Assembly (NCBI GenBank): GCA_963828165.1
Contig: CAWHDR010000005.1
Location: 210,550 to 274,549, forward strand
DNA: 64,000 bases
Source: an uncultured Chloroflexia bacterium
GTDB taxonomy: Bacteria; Chloroflexota; Limnocylindria; Limnocylindrales; CSP1-4
Direction of reading: 5' to 3'
Shown: positions 41,413-51,719 of the stretch, piece after piece
How positions within the stretch are numbered: position 1 is the first letter of the stretch
Layout: every line of letters begins with the position of its first letter
Position numbers and translations under genes: made by a program
Notes under the pieces: model-generated
The model's input: only the letters and a program-made list of their open reading frames with translations
The model's database searches: none
Told to the model about the DNA's origin: nothing

Positions 41413-41904
41413 TCAGGCGCTGGCCTGACGGATGGCCGCGCTCTCTTCCTCGGACAGGGCCGCATCCGAGCGGCCCGCGCGGATCGACTTCGCGTACACG
41501 CGGGTGCCCTGCCGGGCGTGAAGGCTGGACAGGACCCAGCCGTTCCCCTCGGCGTCGAGAAGGGCCAGGGCGAAGCTCTGATTCCCGCCGGTCTCCTCGA
41601 ACGGGTTGTAGCGCACGAGCCCGACCCGCTGGAAGGCGCGCAGCCCCGCTGTCTCCAACGCCTCGGTCCGGGCCGTCAGTCGTTCGACCTCCCGGGCGAC
41701 GCCGTGGACCTTCTCGAGGTGCGCCCCGAGCACGTCCTCCAGGCTCTGCCCTTCCTCCCCGCGGGTGATGCCGCGGAGCCGTCCGTCCACGCGGCCGACG
41801 CGCCTTGCCAGAAGGATCACCAGCAGGAGGAGTAGGAGCATCGCAACGGCGAATGCCGCGACCACCGGGCCGAGATATGGCTGAACAAGGGCGTTCAGAT
41901 CGAT
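41413..41904 (-). CDS. DUF4446 family membrane-anchored protein
   Basis: VGLVRYNPF..GGNQSFALALLD, YAK and LSEEE motifs; start uncertain (ATC after GGAGG). Confidence 0.8.
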   Translation of the reverse strand: MDLNALVQPYLGPVVAAFAVAMLLLLLLVILLARRVGRVDGRLRGITRGEEGQSLEDVLGAHLEKVHGVAREVERLTARTEALETAGLRAFQRVGLVRYNPFEETGGNQSFALALLDAEGNGWVLSSLHARQGTRVYAKSIRAGRSDAALSEEESAAIRQASA

Positions 41905-42065
41905 GGGGTGGGTCCTCCAGGAAGGGTCGTCCGAGTCTAGCAGGGCCTCCTCACCCGCCACGCACCCCGCGGCCGACGCCGGAACGGGGTGCTATCCTCT
42001 GCCGCTGGCGGATGCGTTCGCGCGCTCTCTTCGATCCGACCGCCACCAGGAGGCCCTTCGAACCC

Positions 42066-42479
42066 ATGGCCAAGCGTGCCCGCGGCACCACCCGACCCGG
42101 CCAGCGCGCCCCGCTCCAGCGCTCGAGCTCGTCGGCCCGCCAGCCCCTCGCCGTTCCCCCGCTCGGGAGCCCGACGGCTACGCCTCGCCCAGCGACGCTG
42201 ACCCCGGAGGAGGAGGCGCGCGCCGCCGAGATCGAGGCACGACTCGTCGCCGCCGAACGCTCGGCCGAGGAGGCGGCCCGCCGCCAGGTCCGCGGGCGAC
42301 GCGTCACGGAACGTGAGGTCCCGGTCCGTACCGGCTCGATCGCGGTGCGCGCCTCAGAGGAGTACGCCTACGTCATCCGCGACGTCAAGCGGATCGCGCT
42401 GATCGGTGGCTCGATGCTGGTCCTGCTGATCGTGCTCTGGGTCCTGAGCCAGGCCGGCGTCGCACCCATCGCGGCCTGA
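42066..42479 (+). CDS. Hypothetical protein with C-terminal membrane anchor
   Basis: EEYAYVIRDVKRI followed by a TM helix; GGAGG upstream. Confidence 0.7.
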   Translation: MAKRARGTTRPGQRAPLQRSSSSARQPLAVPPLGSPTATPRPATLTPEEEARAAEIEARLVAAERSAEEAARRQVRGRRVTEREVPVRTGSIAVRASEEYAYVIRDVKRIALIGGSMLVLLIVLWVLSQAGVAPIAA

Positions 42480-42539
42480 TCCCCGGGGACGTTCCGGCGG
42501 CCGGATCCTCAGGCCGTCGCGGCGGCCCGCCGCGCCACG

Positions 42540-42938
42540 CTAGCGGTTGCGTCGCAGCCATTCCTCCGCCATCGCCACGTAGGCGTCGATCGCGGCGCCA
42601 ATCGCTTCCGAGGATGGGGTCCATGTCGCTTGATCGGGATCGGCCAATCCGTCCAATTCTCGTTCGAGCCGATGGAATTCCGTCCAAACAGAGCCGCCGC
42701 GCACCCTGGCAAACACGGCTTCGCCAGCGTCGGTCAGGTCGAAGGCTGATCCCTGCTCGGACACCAAACCGGCGTAGATCAGCCGGTTGAGGCCGCCTCG
42801 CAACTCGTCCTCTGTCGGGATCGCGTGGTTGACCCCGTCGGCGGCGGCCACGAGATCCGACAGGCCGACCGGGTCGGGATCTCTCGGCGAGACGGCGATC
42901 GCCTGGAACATCCATGCGTCCACGGTTCGCTGCTTCAT
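42540..42938 (-). CDS. Hypothetical protein (possible winged helix)
   Basis: Fills the gap between genes; LNRLIYAGLV..FDLTDAG resembles a wHTH. Confidence 0.55.
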   Translation of the reverse strand: MKQRTVDAWMFQAIAVSPRDPDPVGLSDLVAAADGVNHAIPTEDELRGGLNRLIYAGLVSEQGSAFDLTDAGEAVFARVRGGSVWTEFHRLERELDGLADPDQATWTPSSEAIGAAIDAYVAMAEEWLRRNR

Positions 42939-42990
42939 CGCGGGCATTGTGACCCTGAGCGCGGGCGTCCATCGCATCTAGACTGGCCGC

Positions 42991-44487
42991 ATGCCCACCA
43001 ACCGTCCCAAGGCAGGCGGCGCGAAGCCCCAAACGCTGTTCCAACCGCCGCCTGGCGCGCAGCCGCTGGCCGCCCGGATGCGTCCGCGAAGCCTCGATGA
43101 GTTCGTCGGCCAGGGGCACCTCGTCGGCGAACGCGGTCCCTTGCGGCGCAGCATCGCGCGCGGTCATCTCGCGAGCCTCCTCCTGTGGGGTCCGCCCGGA
43201 ACCGGCAAGACGAGCCTCGCGCGACTGCTGGCCGGCGAGATCGGCGCCCATTTCTCGACCGTCTCCGCCGTCATGGCCGGTGTCGCCGACGTCCGCTCAC
43301 TGATCGCCGAGGCACAGGATCGGATCGCCCTGCATGGCACTCGCACCGTGCTCTTCCTCGACGAGATCCATCGGTTCAACAAGGCTCAGCAGGACGCCCT
43401 CCTCCCCCATGTCGAGGACGGCACGATCACGCTGGTTGGCGCGACGACCGAGAACCCGTACTTCGAGGTCAACTCGGCGCTCCTGTCGCGGATGCGGGTA
43501 TGGCGGCTGGAACCACTGAGCGACGAGGACGTCGCGACCGTCGTGCGCCGCGCGCTCGACGACGAGGAGCGCGGCCTCGCCGGATCCCTCGGACCTGAAG
43601 GTGGCGTCAGCCTCGGCCAAGACGCGTTCGATCATCTCGTCAGCCTGGCCGGTGGCGACGCGCGTGCGGCCTTGAATGTCCTGGAGGGCGCGACGGCTCT
43701 GGCGGAAGGCGAGGAGATCCGTGACAACGACGGCAAGGTTGCCCCGCGTCTCGAGGACATCGAGTCGGCCGCGCAACAGCGCGTCCTCGCCTACGACCGC
43801 GCCGGTGACGGTCACTACGACACCGTGTCAGCGTTCATCAAGAGCCTGCGCGGCAACGACCCGGACGCCGCGCTGTACTGGCTCGCGGCCATGATCGCGG
43901 CCGGCGAGGATCCTCGATTCATCGTCAGGCGGCTGATCATCAGCGCGTCGGAGGATGTCGGGAACGCCGATCCCAGGGCGCTCCAGGTGGCCGTCGCCGC
44001 GGCGCAGGCCCTCGACCACATCGGCCTGCCGGAGGCGCAGTACGCCATGGCCCAGGCGACCGTGTTCATCGCGCTATCGCCCAAGAGTGACTCCGTGGGA
44101 CGCGCATACCTCGCCGCGATGGCCGACGTCATGCGGCTAGGGTCTCTGGCGGTGCCGAACCACCTGCGCACCGCGGGGGACCGGCGGATGAAGACCCACG
44201 GGATCGGTGTCGGCTACCTCTTCCCCCACGACTTCGAGGGCGATGACGTCGCGCAGCAGTACCTGCCCGACGAGCTGAAGGGCCAGCGCTACTACGTCCC
44301 GAACGACCAGGGTCACGAGGTCGCGATCGCGGCCAGGATGGCCGAGCGGGAGGCCGCACGGCAGGACAAGCCACGACGCAAGAAGCGATCGGATCCGCCA
44401 ATGGCGTCGATGAGCGACGGCGTGAAGGGCAGCATGGAGAGCCGCAAGAAGCTGGCCGAGACCCAGAAGAAGGACGCGGGCACATAG
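42991..44487 (+). CDS. rarA: Replication-associated recombination protein A (MgsA/RarA)
   Basis: [35 protein letters not shown] and SAFIKSLRG motifs. Confidence 0.95.
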   Translation: MPTNRPKAGGAKPQTLFQPPPGAQPLAARMRPRSLDEFVGQGHLVGERGPLRRSIARGHLASLLLWGPPGTGKTSLARLLAGEIGAHFSTVSAVMAGVADVRSLIAEAQDRIALHGTRTVLFLDEIHRFNKAQQDALLPHVEDGTITLVGATTENPYFEVNSALLSRMRVWRLEPLSDEDVATVVRRALDDEERGLAGSLGPEGGVSLGQDAFDHLVSLAGGDARAALNVLEGATALAEGEEIRDNDGKVAPRLEDIESAAQQRVLAYDRAGDGHYDTVSAFIKSLRGNDPDAALYWLAAMIAAGEDPRFIVRRLIISASEDVGNADPRALQVAVAAAQALDHIGLPEAQYAMAQATVFIALSPKSDSVGRAYLAAMADVMRLGSLAVPNHLRTAGDRRMKTHGIGVGYLFPHDFEGDDVAQQYLPDELKGQRYYVPNDQGHEVAIAARMAEREAARQDKPRRKKRSDPPMASMSDGVKGSMESRKKLAETQKKDAGT

Positions 44488-44580
44488 ACAGGCCCCGATG
44501 CCTCGACCTCGTCGCTTTGTAGGTAGGGTTTGAGTGCGGCGCGATCAGCTCGTCGTGTGTCGGGCCGCCGACCGACGCGC

Positions 44581-45633
44581 TCATTGTGGATCGTCGATCC
44601 CGATCCGCCACAGCGTGTCATCCGCGAAGTTCGCCACCCAGAGCGATCCGAATGCCAGGGCCATGTCACCGCCACCTCCGGACGCGGGATACGTCGCCAC
44701 GACCTCTCTCGTTCGTGTGTCGATCCTGGCGATGCTGTCGTCGGACGTTCGCAGCCAGATCGCGCCGTCCGCGGCGTCGATGTACAGATCCCAGTTCTGC
44801 GTCTGCTTGGTCAAGCCAAGATCTATCCGTTCCACGGCGTCGGTCGCCGGATCGATCCGATAGACGCTGCCATCGGCGACGCTGCCGACCCAGATGGCGT
44901 CCTCACCGACAGCCATCATTCCTGAACCCTCGGTAGGCGGTCCGACCAGAAGCGTCGCTACGACCTCGTTCGTCTCGGGATCGATCCGCTGGACCGTCCC
45001 ATCCGTCACGTTGCTCACCCACGCCGATCCGAATCCGTACGCCAGGTACGTAGGTCCCGCTCCCACGGGAATTCGCTCTGCAAGCTCGTACGTACCAAGG
45101 TCGAATCTGCCAATCGCACCCGGGGTCGAATATTCGAGGACGGCCCAGAGGGACTCGGCCCCGAACGCGACGGACAAGCCCGGCCACCGTTCAGAGCCAA
45201 CCACCGCGTTGGTCAGCGGATCAACGCGGAAGGTGCTGTTGAAGTTGCCGCACGAACTGACCCAGATCAGTTCGTCGCCGAAGGCCAGCTCGCCGCATTG
45301 CTCGGTCCCCATGACGATCTGTTCCTCGATCGCATTCGTGTGGGGGTCGATGCGGTACAGGAGCGAGCCACGGTGCGATGCAACCCAGACGGACCCGTAT
45401 CCGACGCCGACGGCGGTCGGCGCCCCACTCAACCTGATGACCTGGTCAACGCCGACCGGCAAGGTGGTCGGCCGCGCGGTGGCGACGCCGACGGAAGCTG
45501 GCGAGCTCTGCGCCGCATCCGGGGACGGCGCGGCCAGCCCTTCCGATGGACTCGCTGAGGACGGAGCTCCGCATGCCGTGAACATCAGGGTCGCGACGAG
45601 CACCGTCGTGGCGGTATGGCGGAGGCAGTTCAT
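44581..45633 (-). CDS. Beta-propeller lipoprotein (Vgb/YncE-like), paralog B
   Basis: LMFTAC lipobox; repeated GSxWV...RIDP blades. Confidence 0.8.
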   Translation of the reverse strand: MNCLRHTATTVLVATLMFTACGAPSSASPSEGLAAPSPDAAQSSPASVGVATARPTTLPVGVDQVIRLSGAPTAVGVGYGSVWVASHRGSLLYRIDPHTNAIEEQIVMGTEQCGELAFGDELIWVSSCGNFNSTFRVDPLTNAVVGSERWPGLSVAFGAESLWAVLEYSTPGAIGRFDLGTYELAERIPVGAGPTYLAYGFGSAWVSNVTDGTVQRIDPETNEVVATLLVGPPTEGSGMMAVGEDAIWVGSVADGSVYRIDPATDAVERIDLGLTKQTQNWDLYIDAADGAIWLRTSDDSIARIDTRTREVVATYPASGGGGDMALAFGSLWVANFADDTLWRIGIDDPQ

Positions 45634-46682
45634 TCGTCGATCCCGATCCGCCACAGCGTGTCATCTGCGAAGTTCGCCACCCAGAGCGATCCGGATACTA
45701 CGGCCATGTCGCCCCCACCGCCGGCTGCGGGGTAGGTCGCCACGACCTCTCGCCTTTGTGTGTCGATCCGGGCGATGGTCTCGTGTGACGTTCGCAGCCA
45801 GATCGCGCCGGGGGTGGCCTCGATGAAGAGATCGAGGAACTCCGTCTGCTTGGTCAGTCCAAGATCGATCTGTTCCACGGCGTCGGTCGTCGGATCGATC
45901 CGATAGACGCTGCCATCACCGACGCTCCCGACCCACAGGGCGTCGTCGCCGACAGCCAGGTTTCCCGAACCCGTCACGCCTGGCGGCCCGACCAGATAGG
46001 TCGCCACGACGGCATTCTTCTCTGGGTCGATCCGCTGAACCGTTCCATCGGTCCAGTTGCTGACCCACGCCGATCCGAATCCGTACGCGAGAAAACCAGA
46101 TCCCCCGCCGACGGGAATGCGATTTCCGAGGGCGTACGTACCGAGATCGAATCTGCCAACGGTCCGCGGATCGAGGACGGCCCAGACGGAGCCAGCCCCG
46201 AACGCGACGGAATAGCCGGGCCACCGGTCGGAGCCGACGACCCTGTTCGTCAGTGGATCAACGCGGAAGAAGCTGTTGAAGTTGGTGCAGGAGCTGACCC
46301 AGACCAGCTCGTCGCCGAAGGCCAGGTCCCCGCATTGCTCGCTCCCGATGTTGACCTGTGCCTCGATCGCATTCGTGTCGGGATCGATGCGGTAGAGAAG
46401 GGAGCCACGATGCGATGCGACCCACAGCGACCCGTATGCGACGCCGACGGCGGTCGGCCCCCCGCTAAGCCGTATGACGTCGTCAACCTCGTCAGGCAAC
46501 TCGGGAGTCGGCCGCGCGGTGGCGACGCCGAGGGAAGGTGACGGACTCGAGGGGCGCTGCGACGCGCCCAGGGACGGAGCGACCTGCCCTACCGATCGGC
46601 TCGTGGTGGATGGAGCAGCGCAGGCCGCGACCAGGAGGGTCGCCACGAGCGCTGTCGTGCCTGTCCGGCCGCGCCAGATCAT
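45630..46682 (-). CDS. Beta-propeller lipoprotein (Vgb/YncE-like), paralog A
   Basis: LVAAC lipobox; same blade repeats; ATGA overlaps. Confidence 0.8.
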   Translation of the reverse strand: MIWRGRTGTTALVATLLVAACAAPSTTSRSVGQVAPSLGASQRPSSPSPSLGVATARPTPELPDEVDDVIRLSGGPTAVGVAYGSLWVASHRGSLLYRIDPDTNAIEAQVNIGSEQCGDLAFGDELVWVSSCTNFNSFFRVDPLTNRVVGSDRWPGYSVAFGAGSVWAVLDPRTVGRFDLGTYALGNRIPVGGGSGFLAYGFGSAWVSNWTDGTVQRIDPEKNAVVATYLVGPPGVTGSGNLAVGDDALWVGSVGDGSVYRIDPTTDAVEQIDLGLTKQTEFLDLFIEATPGAIWLRTSHETIARIDTQRREVVATYPAAGGGGDMAVVSGSLWVANFADDTLWRIGIDE

Positions 46683-47164
46683 GCCAGGACGTCGCAGATG
46701 CGAGCGTTGTATCCGTGCCGACCCGCTTCGAACAGCGTGTCTCCCGTGGGATCGTCGATGACCGAGATTCCCGCATCGAGCTCGATCGTGCCAATTCCCG
46801 GAACGGTCGTCCGGCGCACGAGACCGATGAACGTCAGACGACCGGTCGCTGGCTCGAAGACCCGCGTGAAGTGACCGGTATACGGCAACGTCCTGCCGGT
46901 CATCGAATTCTTGAGCGTGCCTGCGAAGTCGACGTGCCTCCGCTCGAGGATCACGTTCCCGGCTTCGTCGAGGGTCGTGATGCTGCGCCGGTTGATCGTG
47001 GCGCTGTAGAGGACCTCGAAACCCTGGGCGCAAGGCTCCTCGAGAAATGGCACATCCACCCGGACCTGCACGACCTCGGTGATCGAGGGCGGCGAGGCGC
47101 TCGCCGTCGCCGCCGTGGCAAAGAGCAGCATGCCGGCCAGGCCGATGGGAGCGAACCGATGCAT
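46679..47164 (-). CDS. Secreted beta-rich hypothetical protein with two Cys
   Basis: Sec signal MHRFAPIGLAGMLLFATAATASA; AGGAGG RBS. Confidence 0.75.
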   Translation of the reverse strand: MHRFAPIGLAGMLLFATAATASASPPSITEVVQVRVDVPFLEEPCAQGFEVLYSATINRRSITTLDEAGNVILERRHVDFAGTLKNSMTGRTLPYTGHFTRVFEPATGRLTFIGLVRRTTVPGIGTIELDAGISVIDDPTGDTLFEAGRHGYNARICDVLA

Positions 47165-47230
47165 CGTGGACCTCCTGTCGATTTCGACGAGCCAGGATGC
47201 CCTGGCCTGGAGGGATCGTCGCCGGGAGCC

Positions 47231-47258
47231 CTTTTGACGGGCTTCCGAAGCGCTTTCG
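47231..47258 (-). promoter_or_regulatory. Putative SARP binding site: three direct repeats at 11-bp period
   Basis: Plus-strand CTTTTG (47231), CTTCCG (47242) and CTTTCG (47253) between the SARP gene and its divergent operon. Confidence 0.5.
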
Positions 47259-47276
47259 TTGTCTAGACTCGGACTG

Positions 47277-49049
47277 ATGACGTCGCTTGAGTATCGTGTC
47301 CTCGGGCCTCTCGAGATCGTGCGAGGCCCGGAACGCCTCGCCCTGGGACCGGCACGACAGCGTGCGGTCCTCGCCATGCTCGTGCTTCGACACGGAGAGG
47401 TTGTGTCGAGCGCCTCCATCGTCGAGGGGATCTGGGGCGACGAGGCACCACCATCGGCTCGGGCTGTGGTCCAGGTGCATGTGTCGAATCTGCGCAAGAT
47501 GCTGGTGGAAGCCGGCCGGGCCGAGGCGCTCGTCACGCGATCGCCCGGGTATGTCCTGGACCTGACGGCTGACAGTCTCGATCTCGATCGGTTCCGGCAG
47601 CTGGCCAGTGAGGCCCGGAGCAGCGCAGCCAGGTCGGACGTTGCCAAAGCGTCAGAGCTTTTCCGCGCGGCGCTCGCGATGTGGCGCGGCGAGCCCTTGG
47701 CGGACCTTGACGAACCATTCGTGGAGATGGAGCGCGCGGGACTTCAGGAGTTGCACATCGCCACCCTCGAGGAGCGCATCGAGGTGGACCTTGCGCTCGG
47801 TAGGCACGCGTCTCTCATCCCCGAGCTTGATCGACTCACCTCGGTGCATCCCTATCGTGAGCGGCTTCGCGCGCTGCTGATGCTCGCGCTGTATCGATCC
47901 AACCGCCAGGCAGACGCGCTAGCTGTCTACCACGCCACGCGTACCCGGTTCTCGGAGGAATTGGGGATCGATCCCAGCATCGCGCTGCAGGAGCTTGAGA
48001 TCGGCATCCTCCGCCAGGATCCTGCTCTCGACCTGCGACGGCCAGACCCGAGGAATTCGTCGATCGATGAGGATGCCGCTGACGCCACCCGAGTGCGTGG
48101 TCGGCCAACGAGCGTCCGTGACCGAAGACGGCGGGCCATCTCCCTGGGCGCGGCCGCACTGGTCGTCGTCGCGGGCCTGCTCGTCGCAACTCGGCCATCG
48201 ACGCATGTGCGACCGGTTGCCGGATCGGTCACCATCGTCGACGGCCCTTCGCTGCAGATCACCGGGAGCATCCTCGTGGGGGGAGGACCGGGCATCATCG
48301 GGGCCGGTGAAGGTGCGGTGTGGGTCGCGAACGACCTCGACCGCACCGTCGTTGCCGTCGATATCGCTACGGGTCGCACGACGGTTCGTGGCATCCCTGC
48401 CGTTCCGACGGCACTGGCGGTCGGCAGCGAGGCAGTGTGGGCCGGTCTGGGCAACACCGGATCGTTCGTGCGGATCGCCGCCGATGGCAACGAGGTCGTG
48501 GGGCCCTACGAAGCTGGAGAAGGCGCCACGGGTCGGGCCTCCCTGGCCGCCGTCGGTTCCACCCTGTGGATCGGGCTGCGTGATGGGACGCTTCGTCGGT
48601 TCGCTCCCGGCGATGCTGCCCCGGTCGTAGTCGCGGATGGGCTCGGGGATGCCGAGGCGATCGCCGCCGACGATGCTGCCGTGTGGTGGGCCGGGGACCA
48701 AGAACCGATCGTTTACAGGGTCATTCCGGGCGGCGACACACAATCGTTCACGCTTCGCGGTGAGCTGACGGCGATCGTCCTGCACGATGGGGCCGCCTGG
48801 GTGGCGTCACGGGATTCACACATCTGGCAGCTCAGCCCCGCATCAGGGACGGTTCTCACTGGTGTGGCACTCCCATACCCGGCGATCGCGTTGGCGGCGA
48901 GCGAGACCGCGCTTTGGGTGGCAAGCGCCCAGGGTAAGGCCGTGTTCCGCGTCAACTGGACTGATCTGGCCGTCGACACGGTCCGCTTCGAGTACGAGCC
49001 CGGCGGCATCGCCATCGTCGGCGACCAGGTCTTCGTCTCACTGCGCTAG
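47277..49049 (+). CDS. AfsR/SARP regulator (wHTH-BTAD) with TM helix and C-terminal beta-propeller
   Basis: YRVLGPLE, WRGEPLAD, HPYRERL and LGIDPS motifs; TM segment AISLGAAALVVVAGLLVA; GAVWV repeats. Confidence 0.88.
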   Translation: MTSLEYRVLGPLEIVRGPERLALGPARQRAVLAMLVLRHGEVVSSASIVEGIWGDEAPPSARAVVQVHVSNLRKMLVEAGRAEALVTRSPGYVLDLTADSLDLDRFRQLASEARSSAARSDVAKASELFRAALAMWRGEPLADLDEPFVEMERAGLQELHIATLEERIEVDLALGRHASLIPELDRLTSVHPYRERLRALLMLALYRSNRQADALAVYHATRTRFSEELGIDPSIALQELEIGILRQDPALDLRRPDPRNSSIDEDAADATRVRGRPTSVRDRRRRAISLGAAALVVVAGLLVATRPSTHVRPVAGSVTIVDGPSLQITGSILVGGGPGIIGAGEGAVWVANDLDRTVVAVDIATGRTTVRGIPAVPTALAVGSEAVWAGLGNTGSFVRIAADGNEVVGPYEAGEGATGRASLAAVGSTLWIGLRDGTLRRFAPGDAAPVVVADGLGDAEAIAADDAAVWWAGDQEPIVYRVIPGGDTQSFTLRGELTAIVLHDGAAWVASRDSHIWQLSPASGTVLTGVALPYPAIALAASETALWVASAQGKAVFRVNWTDLAVDTVRFEYEPGGIAIVGDQVFVSLR

Positions 49050-49332
49050 GGATCTGGACAAGCACTCGGCTGCCGTCTTGGCGGGATCCCCATCGTGGTG
49101 GCAGGTCGACCATTTGGCCCTGGCGCTCGGGCGAGCGCGGGCCAAGCGGTCCCACAAGTGGTCGTTCTGGGCCTGAGACCGGACCCATAAAGGGGCGACC
49201 GGGGTCGCGCCCACGGTGGCTTGGCGCATCGGACGCATCAAGGCTCGTGAGCGGACGGTGAGGGACTAGCATGGCCTCGCCGGCCGCCGGGTACAGGCTC
49301 GGTGGCGGTCGATCCGATGGAGGTGGGCGCGG

Positions 49333-50176
49333 ATGCGACGCAGAATTCGTCTTTCTCATGTCCGTGGTGGCGCTGATCGTCGCGTCGACGGCGGCCGCCA
49401 CGGGCTCATTCGCCGGAAAGCCGGCGCCGCCGCCGACTGGTCTCTATCCGGACCTTCGCGCCGTGGTGCCGCAGCAGGTCCAGCTGGTCAATCAGCAGCA
49501 ACGCGAGTGGCTGCGCTTCTCGAACGGCATCGCCAACACCGGCGCAGGTCCCTGGGCCTTGCGACCCGAACCGCCACCTGCGTCGGCGACGGACGTCGTC
49601 AGCGCGGTGCAGGAGATCCGTGACTCGGGGGCCCTGTTTCGCTGCGGGACCCAGCCGAAGCAGGTCAGCGCCTGCCACAACGTGGTGTCGGAGACCGTGA
49701 CGGGAACCTTCGTCTTCCATCCCACCCACAACCACTGGCACCTCGGTGCCGTCGCCCTCTTCGAGGTCCGCAAGGGCAGCCCGACCGGACCGGTCGTCGG
49801 CGGCCTGTCGAACAAGACCTCGTTCTGCCTGATCGACCTGTACAAGCTCGATGGCAACTCGCCGACCAGCGAGAAGGTCTTCTGGGACTGCTACACGAGC
49901 TACCAGGGCGTGTCAGCCGGCTGGGTGGACCAGTACCACCAGGCGACCGACGGCCAGGAGCTCGACATCACGGGCATCCCGAACGCGACCGACTACTACC
50001 TCGTGACGACCTCGAACCCCGACGGCAACTACGTCGAGTCGAACGTCTCCAACAACAGCGCGTGGGTGAAGTTCACCCTGGGTGCGGGCAGCAACGGCAA
50101 CCGCAAGATCACCATCACGGCGCACTCGACGTGCGACAGCCCCGGCATGTGCGGCGAGGTCAGCGCGAACCGCTGA
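49333..50176 (+). CDS. Secreted lysyl oxidase-like copper protein (apparent +1 frameshift near 49345)
   Basis: LRFSN, HPTHNHWH, KTSFCL, QGVSAGWVDQY and YVESNVSNN motifs; GGAGGT RBS before ATG 49333, which is one base out of frame. Confidence 0.8.
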
Positions 50177-50193
50177 CGTCGGGTCCGGCTAGA

Positions 50194-50221
50194 GAAGAGC
50201 CCGCCGTCCGGCGGGCTCTTC
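50194..50221. terminator. Bidirectional terminator-like hairpin
   Basis: GAAGAGCCCGCC-GTCC-GGCGGGCTCTTC perfect inverted repeat between convergent genes. Confidence 0.7.
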
Positions 50222-50247
50222 GGTCATGGGGCTTTGCAGGGCCCGGC

Positions 50248-51549
50248 TCAGTCGTCGTCGCCGTTGCCGTTGCCTTTGCCCTTGCCCTTGCCATTGTCCT
50301 TGCCGGGCTTGGTGTCCTCGGGCGGTTTCTGATCGGCCTCTTCCGGTGGCGGTGTCGGCGTCGCGTCCGGCGCCGGGCTGCGCGTCGCTGCCCCTGCGGC
50401 CGCATCCGGCTCCTGGTTCGGTGAGCTACCGGCCGCCATGCCGACCACCAGGGCGAGTGTCAGGCCGCCCACGATGCCTGCCATCGCCAACGCGCTGCGA
50501 GACGGTTTCCGCTGGAGTGTCGGGAGGGCGGAAGACGCCACCGACCCAGGGCTCGGGTCGACGCCCGGTGGCGCGACGATGGCCGGCGACGCGGGGGTCG
50601 CCGGAACCGCAGCCGCGGCTGGAGCCGCTGGGACGGCCGATACAGCGGCCGCAGGCGCCGGAATCTCGACCGGCGAGGCCGCCACCGGGAGCGCGATGAC
50701 CTCCGTCGGTGCCGAAGGATCGGGCGGGATCTCCACGGCGCCGGGCACCCCCGGCAATCGATGGAGGTCGGCTGCCATTGCCGCCCCATCCGCGAATCGG
50801 TGGGTGGGATCGCTCGCCAGCGCGCGGGCCAGGACGGCCCAGGTCGCGTCCGCGAGTCCGTCCGGGCGCGTCACCGGCGTGGACGCGGACGCCACGCGAG
50901 CGGCCAAAGTCGTGGCCGGAAATGCGGCGACGCCGGTCAGCATCTCGTAGAGGACCGTGCCGAGCCCCCAGACGTCGGTGGCGGGCGTCGCGGGTTCCCC
51001 GGCGAGCCGTTCTGGGGCCAGATAGCGGAGTGTCCCCACCACCCCGTCGTCGGCGGTGAGCGCGGTCGCATCGGTCAGACCCACCGCGATCCCGAAGTCG
51101 GACAGCCGCGCGACCCCGTCGACACCGATGAGGACGTTGGCTGGTTTCAGATCCCGATGCACGATGCCGCGCTCGTGGACCGCCGCCAGCCCGTCGGCCA
51201 CCGCTGCGCCGACGGCGAGGGCCTCAGACTCGGCGAACCGGTGCCCGTCAGCCGCAAGCTCGGCGACGGAGCGGCCGGCGACGAAGTCCATCACCAGCGC
51301 CGGCTCGTCCTCATCGAGGATGGCGTCTCGAACGGCCACGACGTTTGGGTGGCGGATCGCCTCCATGGCGGCGGCCTCGCGACGGAATCGTTCGCGCGCG
51401 CCCTCGTCCTCGATCAGGTGGGGGTGCAGTCGCTTGATCGCCACGACGTCGCCGGTTCGCTCATCGTGGGAGCGCCAGACCGAGGCCATGCCGCCCACGG
51501 CGTGCGCTTCGAGCAGGCGGTATCGGCCTCCCAGGAGTCGTCCGTCCAT
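50248..51549 (-). CDS. Hanks-type Ser/Thr protein kinase with TM helix
   Basis: GGMASVW, VAIK, HRDLKPAN, DFG, APE and DVWGLG motifs. Confidence 0.93.
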   Translation of the reverse strand: MDGRLLGGRYRLLEAHAVGGMASVWRSHDERTGDVVAIKRLHPHLIEDEGARERFRREAAAMEAIRHPNVVAVRDAILDEDEPALVMDFVAGRSVAELAADGHRFAESEALAVGAAVADGLAAVHERGIVHRDLKPANVLIGVDGVARLSDFGIAVGLTDATALTADDGVVGTLRYLAPERLAGEPATPATDVWGLGTVLYEMLTGVAAFPATTLAARVASASTPVTRPDGLADATWAVLARALASDPTHRFADGAAMAADLHRLPGVPGAVEIPPDPSAPTEVIALPVAASPVEIPAPAAAVSAVPAAPAAAAVPATPASPAIVAPPGVDPSPGSVASSALPTLQRKPSRSALAMAGIVGGLTLALVVGMAAGSSPNQEPDAAAGAATRSPAPDATPTPPPEEADQKPPEDTKPGKDNGKGKGKGNGNGDDD

Positions 51550-51719
51550 CGGGTGCTTGTACCACGCAGGGCGTTTGCGGCGCGATGACCCGAGCTGCTG
51601 GAGCTCGTTGCAAGCCCCTGTCAACCGCCTCGCTCTCCGCACGCGCGTCGCGCCATGCCCCGTCGGGGCGTCACACTGGCCACGAGCGCGGCAGCGGGCC
51701 GCGACGGAGGGAGACGACC

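Noticed and set aside
44488-50230. Mobile element or prophage origin of the accessory block
   Set aside because: No integrase, transposase, tRNA target or flanking direct repeats are visible.
50250-50310. GKGKGKGNGNGDDD repeat in the kinase tail, and PT repeats at ~53720-53790
   Set aside because: Ordinary low-complexity protein tails and linkers, not CRISPR or DNA-level elements.
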